Of a stretch of 64,000 nt of DNA, positions 29,383-38,372 are shown in pieces. The translations under genes and the position numbers were made by a program. The DNA comes from a virus (Duplodnaviria > Caudoviricetes). The stretch is from positions 1,522 to 65,521 of IMG/VR virus record IMGVR_UViG_3300034520_000094; one strand, 5' to 3'. The notes beneath the pieces were generated by a model, which had not been told where the DNA came from, searched no databases, and was given only the letters and a program-made list of their open reading frames with translations. How positions within the stretch are numbered: position 1 is the first letter of the stretch; each line of letters opens with the position of its first letter.

Positions 29383-30312
29383 ATGGAGTGTATGTATTGC
29401 GGAGAGGAAGCAAATGTTGCTCATGTTTGTGATAAATGTCAAGCAGAAGCAGAGAAGTTGGACCAGAAGCAAGAGAAGCAAGAGAAGTTTAGTTTTAAGA
29501 AATGGTATGAAGCGAACAAGGATGTAGTGTCTAAGAAAAGGCGGCTGAAGTACCAAGAGAATAAAGAATATCGTGAGAAGAAGAAGCTTGAAGTAACCAG
29601 ATATTATTGGCTAAAGAAAAGACGAGCCAAAAGCATTGGTATGAACCAGACTACGTATGAAGAGCTTGGAATAAAGCCTAATGCAACAGTTAAGATTACG
29701 ATTACGAATGAGCATGACATCAGATATGGAATGACGTTTGATGTTCCTGCTTTTTACCCAAGCCAAGTTGCAGAGGTAGTTCGCAGAAGTGTGCAGACGT
29801 TAAGGTTGTGGTATCTGAAAGGGTATTTGTCCGAGCATTGCTCGGTCAGAAATTCTAAGAATTATCGTATGGTTACAGAAGACCAGATGCGTATTTTTGC
29901 TGCATACAGACATTGGTTGAGTTTTTCTGTACAAGATTTCTCGCAACATCCATTCTTTGTTCTAGTGAACGAAGAGATGGAGAGACTTCAGCCAGATGGC
30001 ATAGAGCCAATGTTAGACACGGAATGGAGACTAGACCCGACTGTATGTCCGTTCTGCGGAAAGGCACCGTCGCTTCAGAAAAAGGTAGATGGAAAATGGG
30101 TGTATGTTAGTTGTTTTGCTTGCTTGAGTCCATTAGATGTAGCAGGACGAGAGACTATGAAGAGGTTTGCAGTTAGCGGAACATGTCCGTTTTGCGGAAA
30201 TATGTATGATGGAGAGATTGATGTTGCAAGTAATAAGACAATGAATGTTGTATGTCCGACATGTGGCAGACGTGTAACAGATTATCAAAAGATTGAAATT
30301 GAGAGGAGATAA
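29383..30312 (+). CDS. Zn-ribbon / MerR-like HTH DNA-binding protein
   Basis: CMYC..CDKC; SQVAEVVRRSVQTLRLWYLKG...YRMVT; two C-terminal CxxC pairs. Confidence 0.6.
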   Translation: MECMYCGEEANVAHVCDKCQAEAEKLDQKQEKQEKFSFKKWYEANKDVVSKKRRLKYQENKEYREKKKLEVTRYYWLKKRRAKSIGMNQTTYEELGIKPNATVKITITNEHDIRYGMTFDVPAFYPSQVAEVVRRSVQTLRLWYLKGYLSEHCSVRNSKNYRMVTEDQMRIFAAYRHWLSFSVQDFSQHPFFVLVNEEMERLQPDGIEPMLDTEWRLDPTVCPFCGKAPSLQKKVDGKWVYVSCFACLSPLDVAGRETMKRFAVSGTCPFCGNMYDGEIDVASNKTMNVVCPTCGRRVTDYQKIEIERR

Positions 30313-30316
30313 AGAA

Positions 30317-30619
30317 ATGGAAAAGACGAATGGCCAGATTTGGGTAAGTTCTCAGTTCACACGGTTAGGGAAAGCCGTTGGAGACGAGGATAAGAAAGAA
30401 CATATGATTCAGGTAGATACGTTTGAGACCACACCAGCAGAAGCAGCAGTAGAGTTAGGCATGACGATAAATCTTGGAAATTATGAATCGCTCAGAGTTA
30501 GCGTTGGTGCCAGAATCCCATGCTATAAAGAAGAGCTAGAACAAGCATATGATTTCGCTTTTCAGTTAGTGGAGAGGGAGTTGGCTGCTAAGATTAAAGA
30601 AACGAAAAGTACGTTGTGA
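30317..30619 (+). CDS. Hypothetical phage protein
   Basis: TINLGNYESLRV motif; RBS. Confidence 0.7.
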   Translation: MEKTNGQIWVSSQFTRLGKAVGDEDKKEHMIQVDTFETTPAEAAVELGMTINLGNYESLRVSVGARIPCYKEELEQAYDFAFQLVERELAAKIKETKSTL

Positions 30620-30623
30620 GGTA

Positions 30624-31208
30624 GTGATGATGAATAAGCAATTGCTCTTGTTAGTATTGTTCACTGGCGCAGTGGTTAGTATTGGATTGTGCATTATCAT
30701 GTTTAGGTCTGTAGTGCTTGTTCATGCTGTAGCACAGAGGGAGCGGGAATTAGCTGACGATATCAGAATTTTGAATAGTGTTATAGCTGACCAGCGCAAG
30801 CAGATAGACAGCCTTCAGAAAGCGGTTGCAGAGAAAGACAAGCAGATAGAGCAGTTGACTATTGAGAATGAAGACTTGAGGACGATTCCAGCTTTGGTTA
30901 CAGCTTATGCTCCGTTGGACCCATGTTCGGTTGCCGAGTTTGATTACAGTGGAGACCCGAGTGTTACAGCAACTGGAACGAAGCCCATGGTTGGAGTTGG
31001 TGCAGCAGACTTTAGTAAGTTGCCAGCTGGGACTGTTCTCGAAGTCCCTGGTTATGGAACAGTTACGATTGAAGATACAGGCGGTGCAATGCGAAAGTAT
31101 GAAGGTGTGCAGATTGACGTTGTCTTTGATACCAGAAAAGAAGCTTTGAAGTGGGGAAGGCAGAATTTAGATGTACGGGTGGTTTCTGTACCGAAGGGGG
31201 AGGAATAA
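30624..31208 (+). CDS. Membrane-anchored 3D-domain protein
   Basis: TM + coiled coil + VTAY...TATG...AAD...EDTGGA...IDV...WGRQ. Confidence 0.85.
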   Translation: MMMNKQLLLLVLFTGAVVSIGLCIIMFRSVVLVHAVAQRERELADDIRILNSVIADQRKQIDSLQKAVAEKDKQIEQLTIENEDLRTIPALVTAYAPLDPCSVAEFDYSGDPSVTATGTKPMVGVGAADFSKLPAGTVLEVPGYGTVTIEDTGGAMRKYEGVQIDVVFDTRKEALKWGRQNLDVRVVSVPKGEE

Positions 31209-31213
31209 GCTAA

Positions 31214-31555
31214 ATGTCATATAATGTTGTACTGACGTATGATGGACGAGAAAGAAAAGTAGGAACTGTAGTTGGTGATACGTTGATTTGTCATAGGAAA
31301 GTTAGACAGCATTTGTTCAGAAGCGGGAGGCCAACAGTAGAGCAGGCTAGAAAAGAAGGAGTGTCTGCTTGGGGCTTGGATTGCAAAGTATGCGACAGGT
31401 TGCTTGAGATGGGAGTTGTGTTCTTGAACATTGTAACTGACGAGGGAGAGTACCAGTGTAGACTTGAAGACATGCGTAAGAAAGGAATAGTTTTGAATAT
31501 GAAGCCGCATCGGGCACAGTATTTTTTGAATGAAAATATGTTTGAAAGAAAATGA
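31214..31555 (+). CDS. Hypothetical protein
   Basis: 113 aa with RBS. Confidence 0.65.
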   Translation: MSYNVVLTYDGRERKVGTVVGDTLICHRKVRQHLFRSGRPTVEQARKEGVSAWGLDCKVCDRLLEMGVVFLNIVTDEGEYQCRLEDMRKKGIVLNMKPHRAQYFLNENMFERK

Positions 31556-31586
31556 GTGATGTTAGATTGGCGAAAGGGAAGGTGAA

Positions 31587-32711
31587 ATGATGGGCGAGAG
31601 CAGTAGGCTAGATATAGTTTTGAAGCAGATAGATAAGAAGTATGGAAAAGGAACTGTGATTCGTGGAAGTCAGTATCCGTCCTTGGAACGGTTTTCTAGC
31701 GGGATATTTGCCATTGATGCAGAGATTGGAGGCGGTATTCCGAGGGGACGTATTTTGATTTTTACTGGAAATGAAAGTACGGGTAAGACTACAGTTGCAA
31801 AGAAAACGATAGCAACTGCTCAGAGGACTTGCAGAAATTGTGGAACAGAACTCGTAGAAAGCTTAGACGGTGTTCCTAGGTGTCCTAATTGTTCTGATGG
31901 TGGAAAGGCTATGACTGCGTTCTACTGTGATATAGAGGGTGCGTTTGACCCTGTTTGGTTTGAAGCGTTAGGTGGAAATAACGATGATTTGTATTTGTTT
32001 CAGCCAGAATTTGCTGAGCAAGCAGTAGATGTTGTGGAAGCGATTATTCGAACTGGCGATGTTGATGTTATAGTTGTGGATTCGATTGCTATGCTTAGTC
32101 CAGCAGCAGAGATTGAAAAGTCAGCAGAGGACCAGCTGATGGGAACACATGCCAAATTGGTTAATAGAATGATGCGAGCGATTCAAGCTGGGTTTAACAG
32201 CCTTGGTACGAATAATGCCAAAAAGCCAACTGTTATTTTGATAAATCAAGTTAGAGAGAAAGTAGGTGTTATGTATGGCTCACCAGATGTGATGCCTGGA
32301 GGTCGTGGTCAGTCTTTTGCTTCGAGTGTAACTTTGAAGTTTTTTGCAAGGCCGTCCGAGAAGCTTTGCGAAAGTGTAGGAGATAAGAAGCAGGTTGGCC
32401 AGCAGATTCGTTTTAATGTTGAGAAGAACAAGACGTTTCCTCCGCATAGAAGTGGTGTGTTTACGCTGTATACAGATGATTCGGAGGAGTATGGCGTTAA
32501 GAAAGGCACAGTAGACAATATGCTTAGTATTTTTAGGTATGCTTTACGATATGATGTAGTTAGCAAAGTTGGGTCTTGGTATAGTTATGTTCAAGACTGC
32601 GGGAACGAGATTAGAGTGCAAGGAGAAGATAAGTTTATTGCGGAGATGGAGGCAAGGCCTGATTTAGTACAGGAGTTGAAGACAAAGGCGATGGAGAGAG
32701 TGTTAGCATGA
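31587..32711 (+). CDS. recA: RecA/UvsX-like recombinase
   Basis: GGGIPRGR, GNESTGKTT, VVDSIA, INQVREKVGVMYGSP, PGG, KNKT. Confidence 0.93.
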   Translation: MMGESSRLDIVLKQIDKKYGKGTVIRGSQYPSLERFSSGIFAIDAEIGGGIPRGRILIFTGNESTGKTTVAKKTIATAQRTCRNCGTELVESLDGVPRCPNCSDGGKAMTAFYCDIEGAFDPVWFEALGGNNDDLYLFQPEFAEQAVDVVEAIIRTGDVDVIVVDSIAMLSPAAEIEKSAEDQLMGTHAKLVNRMMRAIQAGFNSLGTNNAKKPTVILINQVREKVGVMYGSPDVMPGGRGQSFASSVTLKFFARPSEKLCESVGDKKQVGQQIRFNVEKNKTFPPHRSGVFTLYTDDSEEYGVKKGTVDNMLSIFRYALRYDVVSKVGSWYSYVQDCGNEIRVQGEDKFIAEMEARPDLVQELKTKAMERVLA

Positions 32712-33124
32712 GAGCAAGAGCTAAGAAGCGGGAAGGAAAGCCGATGCCTGTATTAGGAGATTACACTCCTAATGTAATAGGCAAGAAAGGAGAAAGGCGA
32801 ACTAGCAAGTTGATTGGTGGAACGCTTACGCCTGGAAGTGGAAAAGGACGAATGAAAGGAGATGTACTGCATGGTTATAAGAAAGAAGGGAGGGTGAGAG
32901 AACGTGGATTCAAGCGCATGATTGAAAAGAAAAGTACGAAGGGAAAAAGTATTAAGATTGAAGAAGCTTGGCTGACCAAGTTGGAGCAGCAAGCTTTCGC
33001 TGCTGGAAAAGAACCAGTCTTAGTTATTGAGTTCGAGACCATGCAGTTTGGCTCAAAGCAGTGGGGATGTGTTCCACTGGAGAAGTTGAAAGAGTATTTT
33101 GACTTAGAAGATTCTCAAGCTTGA
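32708..33124 (+). CDS. PD-(D/E)XK nuclease / Holliday junction resolvase-like
   Basis: TPGSG...KGDV...IEKKST. Confidence 0.65.
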   Translation: MRARAKKREGKPMPVLGDYTPNVIGKKGERRTSKLIGGTLTPGSGKGRMKGDVLHGYKKEGRVRERGFKRMIEKKSTKGKSIKIEEAWLTKLEQQAFAAGKEPVLVIEFETMQFGSKQWGCVPLEKLKEYFDLEDSQA

Positions 33125-33149
33125 CATAGACATGACTATATGATATGAT
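33121..33149 (+). promoter_or_regulatory. sigmaA promoter
   Basis: TTGACA-17-TATGAT. Confidence 0.7.
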
Positions 33150-33168
33150 AAATGAAGAGGTGAGCATT

Positions 33169-33375
33169 ATGAAGATAAGCGAAAAAGAACAGAAGATTCG
33201 TGATAGAATAATTTTTGCTTATAACGTGATTCCTCAGGTTGTAGATGTAGACAGATATGTAGTCTATGTTGAGCTACGAAAGAAAGATGTGGAGCGTTTG
33301 AATTTGTTGCTTGAGGACATCGAAAAAGACCTGAGTGTATTAGTTGACAGAAAAGTAGAAGTTATAGCTAAATAG
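33169..33375 (+). CDS. Hypothetical protein
   Basis: ATG after GAGGTG. Confidence 0.6.
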   Translation: MKISEKEQKIRDRIIFAYNVIPQVVDVDRYVVYVELRKKDVERLNLLLEDIEKDLSVLVDRKVEVIAK

Positions 33376-33391
33376 AATGTGAAAAGGAGAT

Positions 33392-34516
33392 ATGCAAAAA
33401 ATGAGAAGTTTGTTGAGCAGAAAGATAAGAACGGACGAGTGGCTTTCAGATGGGTTTGGTGAGCATGTCGACAATGTAGACAGACGGTTTATTCGGCTGA
33501 ATTTGTCGGATAGCAAATCGTTTATCGCTGATACCGATTTGTATCGTGATGCTTGGAAAATGCAGAAAGGAATTGTTGACCGTTATATCCCAGCTGATTT
33601 GTTATCGGTAGGAATGGTATTGGATAGTACACGTGAAATAGTTGTGCCAGTGTTGCTTGCAGAAGGAAATCAGTACAAGTTTACGACAACGTCGTTTAGC
33701 CAATTATGTGAGAAGAGCGGAATGGGTGCTATAGCATACATGAAGAAGTGTATGTCAAGTGGACTGTTATCGCTGGTACCGAACAATTTGAACGCATGGT
33801 TGGCCGCACAGGGTAGTAAGTCGTTGTTTGTAAGGTTTTATGGAGATAAGGTAATTGCAGTTTTGTCGAATAAGTATGGGCTGTTTGACCATGGTGATGC
33901 ACTTGAATGTTTGAACGAGACACTTGGTCAGAATAGTAACTATAGACTAGAAGCTTGTTCTTTGACTTTAGATAACTTGAGTGTAAGGCTTGTGGACACA
34001 GAGCAGATTTTGATAAAGGATGACAGCATGGGCAGGGACAAGTCGGTTGCTGGGTTGATTTTTAGAAACGGGCAGACTGGAAGGTCGCTTGCTTCGATTG
34101 AGTTCTTGATTTATACGTTTGCTTGCACGAATGGATTGATTGTATCACAAGACAGAGGGTTTGTGTACAAACGACGCCATATCAGCATAGGTAAGAGAGA
34201 GTTTGTTGAACAGATTACGGCAATGCTGGAGCAGTTTCCAGAGTATGCAGCAGCGGCCAGAGAAGATATGGAGAAGGCAAGACAGGTACGTATTGATGCA
34301 AGTATGCATGCTTCTTTGAAGCAGCAAATTCAGAGGGGTCTTGGTGTTGGAGAAGGCACAGTGAAAGAGATTTTTGATGTTATGGAAGAAAAGTGGGACG
34401 CAAACGCATGGGGTATGGCTGGTGCAATAACCGAAGTTGCACAGAAGTTTTCTGCGGAACGTCAGTATCAGTTTGAGAAGTATGCTGGAGAGCTGCTTGG
34501 CCAGCTTGTGGCCTAA
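33392..34516 (+). CDS. DUF932-like protein
   Basis: AVLSNKY..FD, FRNGQTG..., ACTNGLI, RRH. Confidence 0.7.
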   Translation: MQKMRSLLSRKIRTDEWLSDGFGEHVDNVDRRFIRLNLSDSKSFIADTDLYRDAWKMQKGIVDRYIPADLLSVGMVLDSTREIVVPVLLAEGNQYKFTTTSFSQLCEKSGMGAIAYMKKCMSSGLLSLVPNNLNAWLAAQGSKSLFVRFYGDKVIAVLSNKYGLFDHGDALECLNETLGQNSNYRLEACSLTLDNLSVRLVDTEQILIKDDSMGRDKSVAGLIFRNGQTGRSLASIEFLIYTFACTNGLIVSQDRGFVYKRRHISIGKREFVEQITAMLEQFPEYAAAAREDMEKARQVRIDASMHASLKQQIQRGLGVGEGTVKEIFDVMEEKWDANAWGMAGAITEVAQKFSAERQYQFEKYAGELLGQLVA

Positions 34517-34527
34517 ATTGTTAGTTA

Positions 34528-34560
34528 GCAGTGCATGTGGGAACATGTGCACTGCTTTCT
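34528..34560 (+). terminator. Stem-loop upstream of sigma gene
   Basis: AGCAGTGCAT/GTGCACTGCT + TTCT. Confidence 0.5.
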
Positions 34561-34594
34561 ACGTATAGACTTTGCAGAAAGGGTGGAGCTGTGG

Positions 34595-35185
34595 TTGGAT
34601 TCGTCAGTCTTTGAGAAAGCTAAAAAAGGAGACAGCACTAGCATTGAATTGCTAGTCAAGAAATACTACAGATTAGCTTACAGCGCAGCCTATGTTTGGG
34701 TTAGAAAAGGTGTGATATCGAAAGAAGATGGGTTGAGTGAAGCTCGTTTTGCTTTAATGAAGTGTATTCGTAGGAGTTTCGATAGCAGCAAAGGTGATTT
34801 TGCACCGTATCTGGTAACGGCTGTAGATAATCAGATTAGAATGTATCTTCGCAAAGAAAGACGAGAGAAAATGATTGAGTATGCAGACAGGTATATAGAA
34901 ACAGAAGATAGAGAAATAGATATTATGGATTCGCTTACGGATGATGGGTATACGATTGAAGAGGTAGTTGAGCAGAAAATGCTTGTAAATATGATTATGC
35001 AGATTTTAGAAGAGAATCCATGCATTAAGGAAAAGGAAGCGAAGTGTTTGACATTGAGGATGAATGGATTGACCTATGACGAGATTGCAGCCGAATTGGG
35101 CATGTCGCAAAGTTATGCTAGTCGGCTATCGAATAATGCTATAGAAAAAGTTAAGCAAATTTTACGAGAATCAGGAGGGCTTTGA
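34595..35185 (+). CDS. RNA polymerase sigma factor, SigE/SigK-like (start uncertain; track gives 34535)
   Basis: FDSSKG.FAPYL...NQIRMYLRK region 2; TYDEIAAELGMSQSYASRL region 4. Confidence 0.85.
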   Translation: MDSSVFEKAKKGDSTSIELLVKKYYRLAYSAAYVWVRKGVISKEDGLSEARFALMKCIRRSFDSSKGDFAPYLVTAVDNQIRMYLRKERREKMIEYADRYIETEDREIDIMDSLTDDGYTIEEVVEQKMLVNMIMQILEENPCIKEKEAKCLTLRMNGLTYDEIAAELGMSQSYASRLSNNAIEKVKQILRESGGL

Positions 35186-36150
35186 TGTTAAAAGATTTGA
35201 TAAAGAGTCAAGGAAAAGCAGGGTATGTGATACCGTTATTAGAAGAAGCGACCTTGCTGGCTGGGAAGCGTGATGCGTATAATAGAAGGCGAGATTGTTT
35301 CCATCCATCTGAGATTAGCGGAGACTTTTGCCCCAGAGCTTGGCTGCTTGGCCAAAAGGATATGACTTTGTACTTAGAAAATGAAGTAGGAGTTCAGACT
35401 CAATGGAGATTTGACGTCGGGTCTACTTTGCATACGCTGATACAGGAAAGGTTAGGATTGACTGGCAAGCTGTTTGGTATGTGGAAATGTAAAAGATGGT
35501 GTTTAGAAGATAGATGTGTGCATTATGGATTTAAGCCAGAAGGCAGTTGTCCACTTGATACGCCAGAGAAGGCAAGTTGGGAATACGAAGAAGTAGATGT
35601 GGTAGACGAAGATTTTGCAATCTATGGAAAGACGGACGGAATTGTAGTTTTGCAAGAAGGAAAGTTTGTGTTAGAGTTTAAGACGATGAACTCGAGGACG
35701 TTTTCGACGCTAGCTGAACCGTTGGCTGAGCACAAGGAACAGGCTGCTTGGTATGTAGATATATTGGAGCGGAATAGCTGGAAGGTAGAACAGGTTCTTA
35801 TGCAATTGAAGAGCAATGGAGGCCAGGTAGACGCAGCGTTGAGAGTTGCAAGGCAACCGTTCAAAGGTGCAATTATTGTGTATATGAATAAAGATACGCA
35901 AGAGTTCAGAGAGTTCATGGTGCGGACATCCGTGCCTCTTGTTTTGCCCGATAAGATAAAGATTCGTGGAATGGAGTTCGATGAAGATGTAGATGTTTTA
36001 GAGGAAAAGAAGAAGTTGATTAAGCAAACTTTAGCATGGAGGGACGAAGGGTTTTTGCCAGAGCGTTTAGACGTGTGTACCAGCAAGAATTGTGCGAGAG
36101 CACGGAAATGCTTTGCAAAGAGTGCATGTTTTAAGAAAGATGAGGTGTAA
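35182..36150 (+). CDS. Cas4-like PD-(D/E)XK exonuclease
   Basis: FHPSE..CPR, GSTLH, GKTDG...LEFKT, Q...Y, C-terminal Cys cluster. Confidence 0.8.
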   Translation: MMLKDLIKSQGKAGYVIPLLEEATLLAGKRDAYNRRRDCFHPSEISGDFCPRAWLLGQKDMTLYLENEVGVQTQWRFDVGSTLHTLIQERLGLTGKLFGMWKCKRWCLEDRCVHYGFKPEGSCPLDTPEKASWEYEEVDVVDEDFAIYGKTDGIVVLQEGKFVLEFKTMNSRTFSTLAEPLAEHKEQAAWYVDILERNSWKVEQVLMQLKSNGGQVDAALRVARQPFKGAIIVYMNKDTQEFREFMVRTSVPLVLPDKIKIRGMEFDEDVDVLEEKKKLIKQTLAWRDEGFLPERLDVCTSKNCARARKCFAKSACFKKDEV

Positions 36151-36780
36151 ATGATGGATAAGAATGAGCAGATAGTTGGGAATCAAGAAGAGGAAACAAG
36201 GGCTTTGCGGGAAGCAATGAGTTTTGTAGTAGGAAAGAAGCTTCCGATTCCGAAGAATTGGGTAGCTGAAGAGTTGGATAAGCTAGAATTTCCGAATGAT
36301 TTGTCAAGATTGACTACTGCACAGCTAGGAGAGCTTATGGGGATTTGGTCGTCAGTTATGGCGTACTGTCAGTATGAAGTGGCTAGGACAGATATTGAAA
36401 GAACAGCTAAATGGAATAAGTATGAATTTGAGAAGAAGAAAATGTATCTTCGCTTGTTAGACGAAGGCGGTATGACTGAAGAGCAGAGAAAGGCCGAGAT
36501 TTATGTTGCTGTCGCTCAATTGAGGGCTGATTTTGAAGTAGCAAAAGCAAAGTATGTAATGACGAATGCTTTGTTGAGTGCGTATTCGAAGTATTATCAG
36601 GCCTTGTCTAGAGAGTTGTCCAGAAGAGGATTGGATGGGTCAGAAACACCGCCAGCAGAGCAGGACGATGATGCTTATGATATAGAAGAAGAGAAAATGC
36701 GCAGCAAGGCTAGATTGACTAAAGAATGGTTAGACGACGATGAAATTGAAGATATGAAAGGAGACGAAGTAGATGGCTGA
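36151..36780 (+). CDS. Helical protein, possibly UvsY-like recombination mediator
   Basis: Coiled-coil ending LSRELSRR; between nucleases. Confidence 0.45.
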   Translation: MMDKNEQIVGNQEEETRALREAMSFVVGKKLPIPKNWVAEELDKLEFPNDLSRLTTAQLGELMGIWSSVMAYCQYEVARTDIERTAKWNKYEFEKKKMYLRLLDEGGMTEEQRKAEIYVAVAQLRADFEVAKAKYVMTNALLSAYSKYYQALSRELSRRGLDGSETPPAEQDDDAYDIEEEKMRSKARLTKEWLDDDEIEDMKGDEVDG

Positions 36781-37300
36781 TGCAATTTTTGAACCAGAGA
36801 TAAAGCGCAGTCTGCTTTGGCTTCAGAAAAGTTTGGGCGGCAATTTGCCGCCTATTGCTATAGAGTGTAAACGTACTAGTAATGCACGATTGTCTTTTGA
36901 TGCAGTTAAAGATGAACAAGTTGATGGCTTGACACAGTTCTGCAAGAAGGGGATTGTGCGTAAGTTAATAGTGAGTCAAGGCTTAGGTGCAAGACGGTTT
37001 ACGGGTGGAACGCCTTTTGATTTTTTGGCGTGCGGTGCTGGGTATGGGTATTTGCTCGTGAATTTTCGTTTCACAAAGCAATCGCCTAGAAAAGATATAG
37101 CAAAAGGTACGAATAGGTGTTTTGCTGTTCCTGTTGACCAGTATGTGCAGGCTAGAGAAGATGCAGCAGCAGAAGGGCACTCAAGCTTGCCTTATGATTG
37201 GTTTGCAGAGAATGCTATTGAATGTAAGCGCATGCGGGTTAAAAATGAGCAAGGCGTTGCCGAGAGTGGCTGGGACTTGTCAGTTTTGTTGACTCAGTAA
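36773..37300 (+). CDS. RecU-like nuclease/resolvase
   Basis: IAIECK...VKDEQVDGL...TPFDF. Confidence 0.55.
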   Translation: MADAIFEPEIKRSLLWLQKSLGGNLPPIAIECKRTSNARLSFDAVKDEQVDGLTQFCKKGIVRKLIVSQGLGARRFTGGTPFDFLACGAGYGYLLVNFRFTKQSPRKDIAKGTNRCFAVPVDQYVQAREDAAAEGHSSLPYDWFAENAIECKRMRVKNEQGVAESGWDLSVLLTQ

Positions 37301-37322
37301 AAAATAGGAGGAGTAGAAGTGT

Positions 37323-37625
37323 ATGTACGAAAAAAGCAATAAAGCAGTGGAGTTGAAGGTTTCTGGTAAGACGCATCCGAATAAGCTTGGATGGGCTATT
37401 GCCAAGTATCTGAAAGACGTACCGATGGTGTATTTGACGGCAATGGGAGAAGCCTCGGTAAACGCAGCAGTGAAAAGTATCATAGTTGCTCAGTCGTTTG
37501 CAGCATATGAATCGAATGAAATTGTGATAAAGATTGGGTTTGATACTAGGTTTGACCAAGACTTGGCCAAGGAGGTTACGATTATTGTATTTTATTTGAC
37601 GTTACAGAAAAGACAGGGGGTATAA
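37323..37625 (+). CDS. spoVS: Stage V sporulation protein S homologue
   Basis: LKVSGKTHPNKLGWAIA...AMGEASVNAAVKSIIVAQSF parallels SpoVS LKVS...GAGA.NQAVKA. Confidence 0.85.
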   Translation: MYEKSNKAVELKVSGKTHPNKLGWAIAKYLKDVPMVYLTAMGEASVNAAVKSIIVAQSFAAYESNEIVIKIGFDTRFDQDLAKEVTIIVFYLTLQKRQGV

Positions 37626-37628
37626 GAT

Positions 37629-38309
37629 GTGATTGACAATATGTTTGAGAAAGTTCTTGTTATAGCTCCGCATAGCGACGACGACATTCTTGGTTGCGGA
37701 GGATTGATGAAGAAAGTAAAGAATTTAGGTGGGGAAGTTCACGTTATAGTTACTACGATAGGTGATGTGGCTTTTTATCATAAACCAGATGTAGTGAAGG
37801 CAGAGGTTCGGGAAGAAGAGTTTTATGCTGCTTTAGATTTTTTGGGTGTGGACAAAGGGGAGATTCTGTTCAGGCATTCGGAGCAGAGATTGCACTTGCT
37901 CCCGATTGTGGATATTATTACAGCTTATGACCAGAAGATTAGAACGTATAAACCGACAGCAGTGTTTATTCCGTACCCGTCGTTTCATCAAGACCATAAG
38001 ACGGTATTTGATGCTAGCTTTGCAGCGTTGCGGCCAACTCCGAATACTAGCTATGTTCGTTTGGTGGCAATGTATGAGTACCCGTTTGTGGTATGGGATG
38101 TTAAAGATACGGATGGGAATAGGTTTCATTTAGATATTAGCGATGTGATTGACGATAAGATAAATGCTATGAAATGTCATAAGTCGCAGATTCGAGAAGC
38201 AGAGCATTTGATTTCTCCGCAGACGATTCGTGTTTGGGCTGAACGACGAGGTATAGAAGTAGGCGTGCCTTATGCAGAGGCATTTAAGGCGTTACGAATG
38301 GTATTTTAG
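37629..38309 (+). CDS. PIG-L/LmbE family N-deacetylase
   Basis: APHSDDDILGCGG, REEE, HQDH, K...HKSQ, YAEAF. Confidence 0.9.
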   Translation: MIDNMFEKVLVIAPHSDDDILGCGGLMKKVKNLGGEVHVIVTTIGDVAFYHKPDVVKAEVREEEFYAALDFLGVDKGEILFRHSEQRLHLLPIVDIITAYDQKIRTYKPTAVFIPYPSFHQDHKTVFDASFAALRPTPNTSYVRLVAMYEYPFVVWDVKDTDGNRFHLDISDVIDDKINAMKCHKSQIREAEHLISPQTIRVWAERRGIEVGVPYAEAFKALRMVF

Positions 38310-38312
38310 TCC

Positions 38313-38341
38313 TTGATACAGATGGCAATATATGTTATAAT
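38313..38341 (+). promoter_or_regulatory. sigmaA promoter cassette copy
   Basis: TTGATA-cagatggcaatatatgt-TATAAT; spacer identical to 10024 copy. Confidence 0.8.
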
Positions 38342-38372
38342 AAAAGAAAAACCTAATTAATGAAAAGGAGAC

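Noticed and set aside
35182-36150. Cas4-like gene as part of a CRISPR system
   Set aside because: No other cas genes and no repeat-spacer array seen; stand-alone Cas4-like nucleases are common in phage recombination modules.
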